DNA of 64,000 nucleotides from Candidatus Binatia bacterium (lineage in GTDB: Bacteria; Desulfobacterota; Binatia; Bin18): contig OY761159.2 of NCBI GenBank assembly GCA_963664395.2, forward strand, positions 2,912,001 through 2,976,000, in the 5' to 3' direction. Shown piece after piece: positions 1 to 12,137 of the stretch (within the stretch, counting starts at the first letter, position 1; each line of letters begins with the position of its first letter). The translations under genes were made by a program, and so were the position numbers. The notes under the pieces are model-generated. The model was given only the letters and a program-made list of their open reading frames with translations, searched no databases and was not told the DNA's origin.

Positions 1-249
1 GAATTAGATCGATTGTTTGACAAGGGTGAAGATATCACCCCCTACCTTGATCTGATGAAAGCTCGCAGACCAGGACATGAGCAGCGGCGGGTGAATGTCG
101 ATTTCCCGAACTGGATGATTGACTCACTGGACCGACAAGCGAGTCGTTTAGGCGTGACTCGACAATCTGTCATTAAGACGTGGATTGCTGAACGCCTGGA
201 GAAGGAAGGAAAGGGGTGGGTGAAAAAACGGTCGTCCCAAGCGAAGTGA
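1..249 (+). CDS. CopG/ribbon-helix-helix (BrnA-like) antitoxin, 5' end outside the window
   Basis: Frame is open from base 1 (ELDRLFDKGEDITPYLDL). RVNVDFP...LDRQASRLGVTRQSVIKTWIAERL is an RHH pattern. Confidence 0.75.
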   Translation, partial: ELDRLFDKGEDITPYLDLMKARRPGHEQRRVNVDFPNWMIDSLDRQASRLGVTRQSVIKTWIAERLEKEGKGWVKKRSSQAK

Positions 250-331
250 AGGAGGCATATTTTTCAGCTCCACCGCCCCTCGAAAAGACTGCGCGTTCAG
301 GCTCTTGTAAAAAAGGGCGGTAGAGACAGGG

Positions 332-1540
332 CTAAAACGCCTGCTTCAACGCCTCCAGTAATTCCTTGAGATTCTTGCATCCCAATACGGCATCGCACAT
401 CGGCGTATAGCGACTCATAACGCTATCGCCGGTATCCCAGCGCTCATCTGGTTCCGGATTGAGCCAGATGAGTTTCTTTGTACTGTCGCGGAGTTGAGTC
501 AATAGATCAGGCCGGGGAGGGCGACGGTTGTTGCGGGCGTCACCCAGGATGAGGACGATAGTGTTTCGGGTGAGGGCGCGTTCGCCTTCAGTCTGCCAAA
601 AGTTTTGGAGCACCTGGCCAAAGTCCGAGCGCGCATAGAGATCAAGATCGTCATGCGGGACGACATAGCCCTGTTCAAAAGAGACTTCACACAGGCGATC
701 GACATAGGCGAAGGTGCGGACATGCCGAAAGTAGGCACGTGCCGGAGCGAGCAGAGCGAGCAGAAAGTCGCTTGCAGTTGAGACTGATCCCGACAGATCA
801 CACAAGGCCAGCAGGTCGGGCTTGCCGGGCCGCCGGCCCTTCAGCAGCAAATTGATGGGAGCGCCGCCGTGTGAAATTGACGCTCGAATTGTTCGACGGA
901 AGTCGAGCCGCCCGCGTTTTGTCCTTCGATACCGGCGGCTGAGATGGCCCTGGAAGCGTCGCGCTAAGTCTTCTAGCACTTCTTTGGTTTCTTCAACATC
1001 CCGCGAGTCGAATAGACTCAGAGATTTATGTACAAGTGCCTTTCGTTTGGCGAGTCGGGCTTTCTCTTGTTTGTGCGTTTCGTCTTCTTCCGGGTTCTGG
1101 CCTGTTTCTGTTGCAGGCCGGAGGGACTGGGCTTTCTGTTTTTTCTTGTCTTTCTTCTCTTCTGACTCAGGTTCTTGCGCTTGTAGCCCCTGCGATGAGA
1201 CAGACTTCTTCTCAGACTTATTGGACGGGTGTTCACGTGGTCGAGCGGACTCACTCTGCGCTGTTTGTGTCGTTCGCCGGCCTACTCCCTCGCCGGAGTG
1301 CGGGTGCGGCTTTTTCTTGGCTCGGCGGTGAGACCCGGCAAAGAATCGGTTAAAGACTTCATCAAAGGCGAAACGGTCTTCTTCGTCTTTCACGACACAG
1401 GCTGCTAACGCTTCGCGCAGGACCTCTCGCTCAACCCCCGCCGCCGCAACCGCTTGTACGGCATCCATGCTCTCGCTCAATGAGATTCGTAGCCCGGCAG
1501 TCCGGAGTTCATTAATAAAGTTGAGCGTGACAGAACGCAT
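332..1540 (-). CDS. VWA domain protein, CoxE-like
   Basis: N-terminal FINELRTAGLRIS, LDFRRTIRAS, MIDAS-like DLSGS, GDARNN, WLNPEP. Confidence 0.85.
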   Translation of the reverse strand: MRSVTLNFINELRTAGLRISLSESMDAVQAVAAAGVEREVLREALAACVVKDEEDRFAFDEVFNRFFAGSHRRAKKKPHPHSGEGVGRRTTQTAQSESARPREHPSNKSEKKSVSSQGLQAQEPESEEKKDKKKQKAQSLRPATETGQNPEEDETHKQEKARLAKRKALVHKSLSLFDSRDVEETKEVLEDLARRFQGHLSRRYRRTKRGRLDFRRTIRASISHGGAPINLLLKGRRPGKPDLLALCDLSGSVSTASDFLLALLAPARAYFRHVRTFAYVDRLCEVSFEQGYVVPHDDLDLYARSDFGQVLQNFWQTEGERALTRNTIVLILGDARNNRRPPRPDLLTQLRDSTKKLIWLNPEPDERWDTGDSVMSRYTPMCDAVLGCKNLKELLEALKQAF

Positions 1541-1627
1541 GCAGAGGGGGGGTGGGTACTGGGGGTTGGGGCGTAGGAAGCGGACGGAGTGCTTTCTTAG
1601 AGCGAACCCCCAGCCCCTAATCCCTTC

Positions 1628-2404
1628 CTACACCTGCGGCCGGCGCTGTTCGCGGTAGATGCGCATGGCCTCGGCAAAGTCCTTTTCCTCAAGTGCGGCG
1701 GCGCGAGCCCGGGATATTTCTGCCGGCCAAGCGTCCTGGTCCATCGTCCAGGACTGATGCAGGAGATGCTTGGCGACCGCTGCGGCCCGACCCCCGACTT
1801 TCTGGCAGCGTTCGACAAGCCGCCCTGTTTCTTCTTTCAGATTTGCGGCTTCAACGACTTTGGTCAGCAGCCCCCACTGCTCGGCTTGTGAGGCGTCAAA
1901 GCGTTCACCCAAAATGAGAATTTCCTTGGCCTTGGCCAGGCCGACGAGTTGGGCGAGTTTATAGCTCTGGCTGGCATCGGGCGGCGCGCCGTAGAGGACC
2001 TGGGGTAAAGAGAAGAACGCCGTCTCCGCGGCAATGCGAAAATCGCACGCCAAGACCAACTCGCACCCGGCCCCAAGACACGCGCCCTGGATTGATGCAA
2101 TCGTCAGCGCATTGAGGTGTTCGAGCGTATCCAAGGCGCGTTGCCAGGGGGCCCAGGTGGCATCAATGGCCGCATTCGTTGAAGGTCGCATGGCCGCGGC
2201 CTTGAGGTCCATGCCGGAACAAAACGCCCGGCCCTCGCCTTGCAACACCACCACGTGGAGGTCTGCATCTGCGTCAAGTGTTTGACACGCCGCTTCGAGG
2301 TCGGTCGTGAGTTGGTCGTTTACCGCGTTTAAGGACGCTGAACGGTCAAGTGTCAGAAAAGCCACATCGTCCCTTTTTTCAATAGAGAGGGTATCCCATT
2401 CCAT
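1628..2404 (-). CDS. Enoyl-CoA hydratase/isomerase family protein
   Basis: GEGRAFCSGMDL and GACLGAGCELVLACDFR crotonase motifs. Start moved to ATG 2404, which has a GGAGGA RBS. Confidence 0.88.
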   Translation of the reverse strand: MEWDTLSIEKRDDVAFLTLDRSASLNAVNDQLTTDLEAACQTLDADADLHVVVLQGEGRAFCSGMDLKAAAMRPSTNAAIDATWAPWQRALDTLEHLNALTIASIQGACLGAGCELVLACDFRIAAETAFFSLPQVLYGAPPDASQSYKLAQLVGLAKAKEILILGERFDASQAEQWGLLTKVVEAANLKEETGRLVERCQKVGGRAAAVAKHLLHQSWTMDQDAWPAEISRARAAALEEKDFAEAMRIYREQRRPQV

Positions 2405-2526
2405 GCTTTCCTCCACGCTGCACGGTCTCCGCGCTTTTTCTTCTTTCTCCCGTAGCATACCAAGCTCCACTGACTTTGCCAGCATCTTCAGGTATATAGA
2501 CCGCTCAAGGAGAAAGAATCGCACCC

Positions 2527-3519
2527 ATGGGAAAACACACACTGGATCAACTGCTCGAAAAAATGTCATCCGGAGATACCCGCGCGCTGGCGCGCCTGAT
2601 GACGCTGGTGGAACGAGAAGGCGATGTGGTTGGACGGATTTTAGAGTCCATTGGGCCGAGGCAGGGCACTGCCTTCACGCTTGGTATTACCGGCCCTCCA
2701 GGAGCTGGAAAGTCGAGCCTGGTTGACGGCCTGACTACGCTGATGCGCCAGACTGGGAAAACAGTTGGTATTGTCGCAATTGACCCGTCGAGTCCCTTCA
2801 CTGGTGGGGCGCTCCTTGGCGATCGGATTCGGATGACCAAGCACTACCTCGATACCGGCGTCTTCATTCGGAGCATGGCCACGCGCGGCAGTCACGGCGG
2901 ACTGGCGCGGGCAACAAAAGATGTCATTAAACTCATGGATGCGGCGGGCCATGATTATATTCTTGTTGAGACGGTCGGCGTCGGGCAGACGGAATTGGAT
3001 GTCATGGGAACGACCGACACTGTGCTTGTGACCCTCGTTCCGGAAGCTGGCGATGGAGTCCAGGTCATGAAAGCCGGACTCATGGAGATTGCGGACCTCT
3101 TTGTCGTCAATAAGGCTGACCGAGACGGCGCGCAGCGGATGATGACCGAATTAAGCCTGATGCTGGAGCTGAAATACAGTAGTCGCCCGGCAGACGGGAC
3201 AACACAGTCGCACTGGCGCATTCCCGTGCTGGCGACGCAGGCGATTAATGGGACCGGTCTACCGGAGCTATTCCAAGCCATTCAGGAGCATCATCAGTCA
3301 TCAATTGCATCAGGAGAGATTGAGCGCCGCCGCTCAGAGCGTCGTCGGGAAGAACTCATTTCACGAGTTGAATATGAAGTGCGCAAACGCTTAACTGCCA
3401 GGGCCCGGACCGACCCCGAGTTGTCCCGCTATTTTGATGCAGTCGGCGCAGGTGAGCTCGACCCCCATTCTGCGTCAAATAAGATCCTGGAAAGTTCAGC
3501 CCTCAGAGAGAATATATAG
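2527..3519 (+). CDS. meaB: Methylmalonyl-CoA mutase-associated GTPase MeaB/ArgK
   Basis: GITGPPGAGKSS, DPSSPFTGGALLGDRIRM, ETVGVGQ, VNKAD. Confidence 0.93.
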   Translation: MGKHTLDQLLEKMSSGDTRALARLMTLVEREGDVVGRILESIGPRQGTAFTLGITGPPGAGKSSLVDGLTTLMRQTGKTVGIVAIDPSSPFTGGALLGDRIRMTKHYLDTGVFIRSMATRGSHGGLARATKDVIKLMDAAGHDYILVETVGVGQTELDVMGTTDTVLVTLVPEAGDGVQVMKAGLMEIADLFVVNKADRDGAQRMMTELSLMLELKYSSRPADGTTQSHWRIPVLATQAINGTGLPELFQAIQEHHQSSIASGEIERRRSERRREELISRVEYEVRKRLTARARTDPELSRYFDAVGAGELDPHSASNKILESSALRENI

Positions 3520-3545
3520 AACGACGACAGCACACAGGAGGCAGT

Positions 3546-4640
3546 ATGAAAGCCGCAGTACTATACGAACTCAAAAATCCACTCCAAGTCGAAGATGTTG
3601 ATCTCGACAATCCCAAATCAAAAGAAGTACGAGTCAAGATTGCTGCTAATGGCGTGTGTCATAGCGACTATTCCATTATCCATGGCGTGATCCGCTCCCC
3701 GCTGCCTGTTGTCCCAGGTCATGAAGGCGCCGGTATTGTTGAAGAAGTCGGGCCGGACGTGACTATGGTGAAGCCCGGTGACCATGTTGTCCTGTCTTTC
3801 GCTCCCTACTGTGGACACTGCTATTACTGCGCGCAGGGCAGCCCGGTATTATGCGTGAATATGCGGACGATCATGGGCAAAGGCACGCTCCTTGACGGCA
3901 CTTGTCGGCTGAGTAAAAACGGGCAGAAGATCCATCATGCCGCCGGCCTGTCGAGCTATGCGGAATACGCGGTTGTGTCTGAAATCGCCTGTGTCAAGAT
4001 TCCGGATACTGTGCCCCTCGATAAAGCCTGTCTGGTCGGCTGTGGGGTCATGACCGGGGTTGGGGCAGCCATCAACACCGCTGCGGTCAGACCCGGCACG
4101 AGTGCCGTGGTCATCGGCTGTGGGGGGGTAGGGTTGAACGTGATTCAGGGCTGTAGGCTGGCCGGGGCGAGCGTTATCATCGCGGTTGACCTGATGGACA
4201 ATAAGCTCGAATACGCCAAAGAGTTTGGCGCGACCCACACCGTGAATCCGTCCCGAGACAATCTCACCAAGATCGTGCGAGACCTGACTGATGGGCGTGG
4301 CTCGGATTACGCTTTTGAGGTGATCGGCCTAGGTAAAACCATTGAACAAGCCTATGCCTGCACCCGGCAGGGTGGCAGCACGATTGTTGTGGGCGCCCCG
4401 GCGCGTGAAGAGATGGTGACTATTCCCGCGTTCAGCCTGCTCAACGAGAAGAAGATTCAGGGCTCAGTCTACGGCTCCTCCCGCCCGCACGTCGACATGC
4501 CGCGCTTGATTGAGCTGTATATGAACAACAAGCTCAAACTCGATGAACTGGTGACGCGGACCTACTCTCTGGATGAAGTAAATGATGCCCTGACCGCACT
4601 GGAGAAAGGCGAAGTCGCCCGGAGTGTGGTCGTGATGTAA
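3546..4640 (+). CDS. Zn-dependent alcohol dehydrogenase (class III-like MDR family)
   Basis: GVCHSD, GHEGAG, structural Zn CGHCYYC..C, GCGGVG. Confidence 0.92.
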   Translation: MKAAVLYELKNPLQVEDVDLDNPKSKEVRVKIAANGVCHSDYSIIHGVIRSPLPVVPGHEGAGIVEEVGPDVTMVKPGDHVVLSFAPYCGHCYYCAQGSPVLCVNMRTIMGKGTLLDGTCRLSKNGQKIHHAAGLSSYAEYAVVSEIACVKIPDTVPLDKACLVGCGVMTGVGAAINTAAVRPGTSAVVIGCGGVGLNVIQGCRLAGASVIIAVDLMDNKLEYAKEFGATHTVNPSRDNLTKIVRDLTDGRGSDYAFEVIGLGKTIEQAYACTRQGGSTIVVGAPAREEMVTIPAFSLLNEKKIQGSVYGSSRPHVDMPRLIELYMNNKLKLDELVTRTYSLDEVNDALTALEKGEVARSVVVM

Positions 4641-4706
4641 AAGCGGCCTGAAGGAAGAGAATCGCTCTCCTTGAGCTTGCCGGTTCAGGGCCTGAGCACC
4701 GAGCCC

Positions 4707-5636
4707 TCAGCCGCGCGGATGATACTTCCGATGCACCTCGCGTAAGCGCGCGCTCGCCACGTGGGTATAGATTTGTGTCGTGGCAATATCAACGTGGCCC
4801 AGCATTTCCTGCACAGCGCGCAGATCCGCGCCACCCTCCAGCAGATGCGTCGCAAAGGCGTGTCGGAAGGAATGGGGATAGAGTGGACTCCCCTCAGGAC
4901 TTTGCTTGGCGTACCGTTTGGTAATACACCAGAATGCTTGACGGGTCATCGGCTTCCCGGAGCGAGTCAGGAAAATATAGTCGCTGCTGCGGTGCTTCAG
5001 CAGGACCGGGCGGACGGTGTCGAGATAGCGCTGGAGCTGCGAGAGTGCACGAGTCCCGAGTGGGACCAGGCGTTCTCTATTGCCCTTGCCCCGTACCCGG
5101 ACGAAGCCCGCTTCCCGATTGACCTGAGAGACTGTCAGCTGTACCAGTTCGGAGACGCGCAGGCCGGTCGCGTACAAAACTTCGAGCATAGTCTGGTTGC
5201 GCATGCCGAGCGGGGTAGCTGCGTCTGGCACCGAGAGCAGTGCGTTCACCTGTTCCTGGGAAGGGACGTGGGGCAGTGGACGACCAAACTTGGGCAGATG
5301 GAGCAGCGCGGTTGGATTTTTCCCCGACAGTTCGTTTTCCCGTTGGAGAAAACGGTACAACCCTCGAAGCGCGGTTAAGACGCGGGATTGGGTGCGGGTT
5401 GATATTCCCTGCTTGTGCAGGACGCTGAGAAAGCCGACGACATGGCGCGAACCGGCTTGTCTGATATCCGAGATATCCTGGGTCGATAGATATTGGTAGA
5501 ATCGATGCAGGTCGTGGCTGTAGACCTCTGCCGTGCGCGGCGTTAATCCCTTTTCCACTGTGAGATGCACCAGAAAGGTATCAAGAAGGGCGTCGCTCTG
5601 CGCACTCCTCTGGTCAGCAGTGGCGGGCTGAGTCAT
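4707..5636 (-). CDS. xerD: Tyrosine recombinase XerD
   Basis: LYATGLRVSEL, GKGNRERLVP, HSFRHAFATHLL, LGHVDIATTQIYTHV, C-terminal YHPRG. Confidence 0.92.
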   Translation of the reverse strand: MTQPATADQRSAQSDALLDTFLVHLTVEKGLTPRTAEVYSHDLHRFYQYLSTQDISDIRQAGSRHVVGFLSVLHKQGISTRTQSRVLTALRGLYRFLQRENELSGKNPTALLHLPKFGRPLPHVPSQEQVNALLSVPDAATPLGMRNQTMLEVLYATGLRVSELVQLTVSQVNREAGFVRVRGKGNRERLVPLGTRALSQLQRYLDTVRPVLLKHRSSDYIFLTRSGKPMTRQAFWCITKRYAKQSPEGSPLYPHSFRHAFATHLLEGGADLRAVQEMLGHVDIATTQIYTHVASARLREVHRKYHPRG

Positions 5637-8344
5637 GCAGCCTCCTCATGGCTATGCAGACGCCCTTGCAGCACTTCCATCACATGGTCGGGATTGCCAA
5701 CTTTTGCGCCTGTCATATCAGTAACGTAGAAGACATCCAGGACCTGATCGACATTCGTTGTGATCTTCGCCAGGTGGATTACGAGACCGAGTTGGAACAG
5801 GGTGTGTGTAATATCGAATAATAACCCTATCCGGTCCAGCGCCGTGATGTCGATCAAGGTGGACGTTGGTGAAGTGGTGTTATCAATAGTAATCTCTGTC
5901 CGGAGACGAGGACGGGCGCGTTGAAGAAACGCCGGCGGCTTGGCCGCTTGCAGCAGGTCCTCAACCGTTCGCTCACCTCGCAACACTGCGCTCAGCCGCG
6001 TATAAAATCGGGCCCAGGTCTCCTCTGAAAGCATCATTTCTTGACGGTCCAGGTGCGATAGACGAAAGACATCCAGTGCAATGCCCTGTTGGCTGGTGGC
6101 AATGCGTGCGCCGGAAGTACTGAGGCCACTTGCGGCGAGTACACCGGCGAGCATGGAAAAGAGCCCCGGTCGATCACGGGTGACCAGTGTCAGCTCACTA
6201 TACTCCTGCTCTGGAAAGTGGCTCAGGCTGACGCGGTAGGGGTTGTCTTCAGGCCCGGCCTGGACAAAACGGCTCATGAGTTGAAAATGCTCTGGGACCG
6301 CATCTTCCGGAGTTGTCAGGAAATACTTATCCGGCATTGTGGTGAGGAAATGGGAGAGCTGTTCGGCTGCGGCCTGTGCGGCCAGGGTTTGTCGAATGCG
6401 TTCTTTCCGACGCTGGAGGCGCGCGCCTTGATCCTCCTCAATAAGCGCTTCCGTTTCCAAGCGCTCCAGCGTGCGTAGATAGAGTTCATTCAGCAGACTC
6501 CCTTTCCAACTATTCCAGACCTTGGGACCAACGGCCTTCATATCGGCAAACGTCAGAAGATAGAGCCTCTTCAAGCAGCCAGGATTCTCTACCGCCCGGG
6601 CGAAATCAGCGATTTGGGCGTCGTCTGAAAGATCGCGGCGCTGGGCGATGTGAGACATAAAGAGATGCTGGCGGACGAGGACTTGCCACTCGTGCGCCTC
6701 ATCTGGAGGCAGGTGCCAACGTGTGACGGCTGCATCCACCATCTCGGCACTCCGGGCGGCGTGCTCGACGCTAAACCCCTTGCCCACATCATGGAAGAGC
6801 ATCGCCAGGAATAAGAGGTCCGCGCGATCAATCTCACGCATGACCTGAGTGAGGAGGGGCAGCTTTTCCTTATACTCGCCGTCGCGTAAGCGTTCGAGTT
6901 CTGCAACGCCATGCAGGGTATGCTCGTCGATGGCATAGATATGATACAGGTCGCGCTGCGTGCGCCAGCGTAAGTGACCGAACTCGGGTAACAGCCATTC
7001 GAGTATACCTACTTCGTGCATCGCTCGCACGGTTGAGGCAACGCGCTGCTTCCAGGATAAGATGGTGAAAAAGGCATCCCGCAGAGCAGGGCGGTTCGCC
7101 GTGCCTGGAGGGAGGGCGGCCACCGCCCTGCGAATCGCCTGCTTGGTCTCACGAGTACACGCGACTCCGTGACGTTGAGCGTCATGGAAGAGGGTGACGA
7201 GATTGAGCGGCTCTTGGGTGAGTATCTCAGGCTTGGTCACGTGGAGGGTCTGTTCAACAATACGGATACCTTTGCGGATGTCCCGGCCGCGCGGGCGGCC
7301 CAAGAAATTAAAAAATCGAGCCGATGTGACGCAGCGCTCAAACATGAATCGGGTAAAATCATGAATGGTCGTGACGTGTTGGTAATACATCCGCATGAAA
7401 TGGGTCGCGTCCGGAAATCCAAAGGCTGGGGCGAGCTGATCTTGATGGGCAAAGGTCAGCTGGTCCCGTTCTGTCCGGTCAAGAAGATGGAGCCCGTTCC
7501 GGACCCGCCACAAGAAATCCTGGGCCGCTTCTACTGTGGCAAGGGCTGATTCCGAGATGACGCCTTTGACGATGAGTTCGCGCCAGTTGGTGAGCTTGAA
7601 TGCGACTTTGGCCAACCACCAAGCGGTATGCAAATCGCGCAACCCGCCACAGCCTTCTTTCAGGTTCGGTTCGAGCAGATACAGAGAATTGCCGTGACGC
7701 TGGTGGCGGACGCGGCTCTCTTTGGTTTTTGCCTGAAAAAACTGCTCGGTCCGTTTCCCCACCAGGTCCCGGTTAATGGTGGCCTGAAACTCCTGGGCCA
7801 GGGACTCTTCGCCACACAGATAGCGACTATCGAGCAGGGACGTTTTAATTTCGAAATCCCGGTTGGCCTGACGAAGACATTCCCGGATATTACGGACAGC
7901 ATGGCCGACCGTCCAGCCGGCGTCCATAAGGCTGTAATAAATAGTTTCCCACACCGTCTCGGCATACGGGGTGATTTTCCAGTGGTAGAGAAAGAGTAAA
8001 TCAATGTCAGAATGCGGACTCAACTCGCCTCGGCCATAGCCACCGAGGGCAAAAACGCTACAGCGCTGGCTGAGGCTGGTATAGCGGCGAGTGTAGAGAC
8101 GAGTTGCGGCTGTAAAGACATACCGCACGAGCTGATCCATAAGCCTGGTGTGAAGCTCGACAACGAATCGTCCGCTCTGACTCTTCGCCTGATGCTGCAT
8201 GAGCAATTCGTAGACCTGGGCGCGATAGGTTTTGGCAATCCGGCCGAGGTCCCAATCGGGCTCAATGTCCACATCCGGGTCTGAGGATGGAAGTGGGGGA
8301 AGCTCAATGAGAAGTGGTGCAGACTGCTGGTGTGCACTGTCCAT
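5633..8344 (-). CDS. glnD: [Protein-PII] uridylyltransferase
   Basis: GGYGRGELSPHSDIDL, EPNLKEGCGGLRD, HD domain (HDVGKG), two C-terminal ACT domains. Start at ATG 8344 avoids overlap with the upstream gene. Confidence 0.95.
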   Translation of the reverse strand: MDSAHQQSAPLLIELPPLPSSDPDVDIEPDWDLGRIAKTYRAQVYELLMQHQAKSQSGRFVVELHTRLMDQLVRYVFTAATRLYTRRYTSLSQRCSVFALGGYGRGELSPHSDIDLLFLYHWKITPYAETVWETIYYSLMDAGWTVGHAVRNIRECLRQANRDFEIKTSLLDSRYLCGEESLAQEFQATINRDLVGKRTEQFFQAKTKESRVRHQRHGNSLYLLEPNLKEGCGGLRDLHTAWWLAKVAFKLTNWRELIVKGVISESALATVEAAQDFLWRVRNGLHLLDRTERDQLTFAHQDQLAPAFGFPDATHFMRMYYQHVTTIHDFTRFMFERCVTSARFFNFLGRPRGRDIRKGIRIVEQTLHVTKPEILTQEPLNLVTLFHDAQRHGVACTRETKQAIRRAVAALPPGTANRPALRDAFFTILSWKQRVASTVRAMHEVGILEWLLPEFGHLRWRTQRDLYHIYAIDEHTLHGVAELERLRDGEYKEKLPLLTQVMREIDRADLLFLAMLFHDVGKGFSVEHAARSAEMVDAAVTRWHLPPDEAHEWQVLVRQHLFMSHIAQRRDLSDDAQIADFARAVENPGCLKRLYLLTFADMKAVGPKVWNSWKGSLLNELYLRTLERLETEALIEEDQGARLQRRKERIRQTLAAQAAAEQLSHFLTTMPDKYFLTTPEDAVPEHFQLMSRFVQAGPEDNPYRVSLSHFPEQEYSELTLVTRDRPGLFSMLAGVLAASGLSTSGARIATSQQGIALDVFRLSHLDRQEMMLSEETWARFYTRLSAVLRGERTVEDLLQAAKPPAFLQRARPRLRTEITIDNTTSPTSTLIDITALDRIGLLFDITHTLFQLGLVIHLAKITTNVDQVLDVFYVTDMTGAKVGNPDHVMEVLQGRLHSHEEAA

Positions 8345-8373
8345 TTTGCGCTGTCTTTCTTGACGATGCGGGC

Positions 8374-9540
8374 TTAGAGACTCTCCATGCGTGGCAACTC
8401 TTCTTTGAGGAATCGGGCAATCCCGCGAAAAAGTCCTTCCGCTATCGCTTCCCGATAGGCTGAGGAACGCAATAGCCGACCTTGGACGCGGTGCGTCAGA
8501 AATGACACTTCGGCCAATACACACGGCATATTCGCTCCAACTAACACATGGAAAGGCCCTTTTTTTACTCCCAGGTTGCGGGCCTGGGCATGACGTTTGG
8601 CGACCTGAGTCATCATAGAGGCTTGGAGGGTCCGGGCAAGGGTCATCGACTCTTCTGCTTTCCCGGTATGGATGAGATCACTCAAAATAACGGATAATTC
8701 GCTGCCTGCCTGCGCCGTCCGCTTCACGTGCTGCAGACCATTTTCAAGGTTTGCCAGCCGAATAGTGGCCCGATCATTGGTATTGTTCAGATAATAGGTC
8801 TCCACTCCTTGGAGGCGAGGATTTTCACTTGCATTGGCATGGATCGAAATAAAAAGGTCGGCCTTCATCGCATTAGCCTGGGCGGTGCGTTCCGGCAGAG
8901 GAACAAAGACATCCTTCTCCCGCGTATAGAGCACCTGCACTGGGAGGCGGGACTCCAGCTTTTTGCCGAGCCTTTTGCTGATTGCAAGGACCACGGTTTT
9001 CTCCTGGAGACCGCTGGGGGCGATTGCGCCCGGATCACGCCCGCCGTGCCCAGGGTCAAGCATAATTCGATATTGAGGAGGCGCTCGTGATTGCCCGGGG
9101 CGCGCCACGGTTTTCTTCCCCTTGCCTTTGACATCAATAATGAGCCGATACGGAGAGGGGAGCGGGAAAGCGGTATAGCTCTCAATCTGTTCCAAATCGA
9201 GTACGACCCGGGCTGTTGTTGGTGAAAACTGGCCCGTCCGGATGCGTTTGAGCAGGCCGTCATCAACGGGAATCGGCGCACGCATCCGAGGGTCAAGTCG
9301 AGCTGGAGAGAAATCGATGACAATACGGGCCGGCCGATTATGGGCCGGATCAGCCGCAACCTGAAAGTGATGATGGTCTGCTCGGTCCGAGAGGGTAATA
9401 ATAACCCGGGTGTAATCCGGGACGGACGTATGCCGTATGGCTTCGAGAGCAGGTTGGGGCGGGGGGAGAGCAAGGGCTATTTGGGCCACACTCGCCAGAA
9501 GAAATGTAATCAGTCTCCAACACAACACCCCACCACCCAT
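8374..9540 (-). CDS. N-acetylmuramoyl-L-alanine amidase with AMIN domain (AmiC-like)
   Basis: Signal peptide, AMIN (IRTGQFSPTTARVVLDL), LDPGHGGRDPGA, FISIHANAS. Exact start uncertain. Confidence 0.9.
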   Translation of the reverse strand: MGGGVLCWRLITFLLASVAQIALALPPPQPALEAIRHTSVPDYTRVIITLSDRADHHHFQVAADPAHNRPARIVIDFSPARLDPRMRAPIPVDDGLLKRIRTGQFSPTTARVVLDLEQIESYTAFPLPSPYRLIIDVKGKGKKTVARPGQSRAPPQYRIMLDPGHGGRDPGAIAPSGLQEKTVVLAISKRLGKKLESRLPVQVLYTREKDVFVPLPERTAQANAMKADLFISIHANASENPRLQGVETYYLNNTNDRATIRLANLENGLQHVKRTAQAGSELSVILSDLIHTGKAEESMTLARTLQASMMTQVAKRHAQARNLGVKKGPFHVLVGANMPCVLAEVSFLTHRVQGRLLRSSAYREAIAEGLFRGIARFLKEELPRMESL

Positions 9541-9549
9541 AGATAGAGC

Positions 9550-10851
<1,302 letters not shown>

Positions 10852-10857
10852 TCATTG

Positions 10858-12036
10858 CTAGGCGGTTGCCGCCGCGCGTTTGAGTGCCTCTACACGGTCA
10901 ATCTTCTCCCAGGGGAAGAAGCCATTCTCGGCTGGACGCCCGAAATGGCCGTAGGCCGCGGTCTCTCGATAAATAGGACGTTTCAAATCGAGTGTTTGGA
11001 TAATGGCAGCGGGTCGAAGATCGAACTCCTGGCGCACGATCGCTGCCATGCGTTCCTCCGGTACGGCACCGGTGCCGAACGTATCAACATACACGCCGAC
11101 TGGCTCTGCCACTCCGATCGCATAGGCGAGTTGCACTTCGCAGCGTTTGGCTAAATCTGACGCCACCAGATTCTTGGCAATATAGCGCGCCATATATGCT
11201 GCCGAGCGGTCTACCTTGCTGGGGTCTTTGCCCGAAAAAGCGCCGCCGCCATGCCGGCCATAGCCGCCATAGGTGTCTACGATAATTTTCCGGCCGGTGA
11301 GTCCGCAGTCTGCGTACGGGCCGCCATTGACGAAACGCCCGGTAGGATTCACGAGAAACGCCGTCTTGCCATCCAAAAACTCGGGTGGAATGACGCGCTT
11401 CACGACTTCTTCAATAATGGCTTCTCTTATCGTGTCATACGCCGCGTCAGGATCATGTTGGGTTGAGATCAGGACCGTATCGGCCCGCACCGGTTTGCCA
11501 TCTCGGTATTCGACCGTCACCTGCGATTTACCATCCGGTCGCAGGAAGGGCAGTTCTCCTCTTTTCCGTATTGCGGCGAGTTCCTGGACAAGGCGGTGGG
11601 CAGTATAAATGGGAAAAGGCATATAGTCTTTGGTTTCATCGCAGGCAAAGCCAAACATCATGCCCTGGTCGCCAGCTCCTTGTTCTTTGAAGAGGCCTTC
11701 TCCAGCTGTCACCCCTTGCGAAATGTCTGGAGATTGTCGATCGAGCGCGGTCAGGACAGCGCAGGTATTGGCATCAAAACCTAGGGAAGAGTCGGTAAAT
11801 CCAATGTCGCGCACAACCTGTCGGGCGACTTCCATATAACTAATTTGTGCCCGTGTTGTGATTTCGCCGGCAATGACGATCATGCCAGTCTTGACGAGCG
11901 TTTCGCACGCCACACGACTATCCGGGTCTTGTTCGAGTAAGGCGTCAAGGATGCCGTCCGAGATCTGATCACACATTTTGTCCGGATGGCCCTCTGAGAC
12001 TGATTCGGACGTGAATAAATACTCTTTGCCTGTCAT
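10858..12036 (-). CDS. metK: S-adenosylmethionine synthetase
   Basis: [35 protein letters not shown]. Start ATG 12036 with purine-rich RBS. Confidence 0.97.
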   Translation of the reverse strand: MTGKEYLFTSESVSEGHPDKMCDQISDGILDALLEQDPDSRVACETLVKTGMIVIAGEITTRAQISYMEVARQVVRDIGFTDSSLGFDANTCAVLTALDRQSPDISQGVTAGEGLFKEQGAGDQGMMFGFACDETKDYMPFPIYTAHRLVQELAAIRKRGELPFLRPDGKSQVTVEYRDGKPVRADTVLISTQHDPDAAYDTIREAIIEEVVKRVIPPEFLDGKTAFLVNPTGRFVNGGPYADCGLTGRKIIVDTYGGYGRHGGGAFSGKDPSKVDRSAAYMARYIAKNLVASDLAKRCEVQLAYAIGVAEPVGVYVDTFGTGAVPEERMAAIVRQEFDLRPAAIIQTLDLKRPIYRETAAYGHFGRPAENGFFPWEKIDRVEALKRAAATA

Positions 12037-12137
12037 AGTTCCTCTCCTTGGCGTGACGCTGCCTGTCCCCTCAACGGCTGGGCGCATATAATAGAATCCC
12101 CTTCTGAGCGTCAAGGGGCTTTTCACTGATACGACAA

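Noticed and set aside
4707-5636. Tyrosine recombinase as the integrase of the CRISPR cassette
   Set aside because: Has XerD signatures, overlaps glnD in a housekeeping run and lies ~36 kb away.
8345-8524. N-terminal extensions in the ORF track for glnD (also metK, ptsN, hppA, actE, actF, the transporter and the M14 peptidase)
   Set aside because: They overlap neighbouring genes or promoter regions; downstream starts fit family N-termini better.
12029-12080. SAM/SAH riboswitch-like words (CCTGTCA..CCTTGGCGTGACG) at the metK start
   Set aside because: They read on the plus strand, antisense to metK, and overlap its RBS; likely coincidence.
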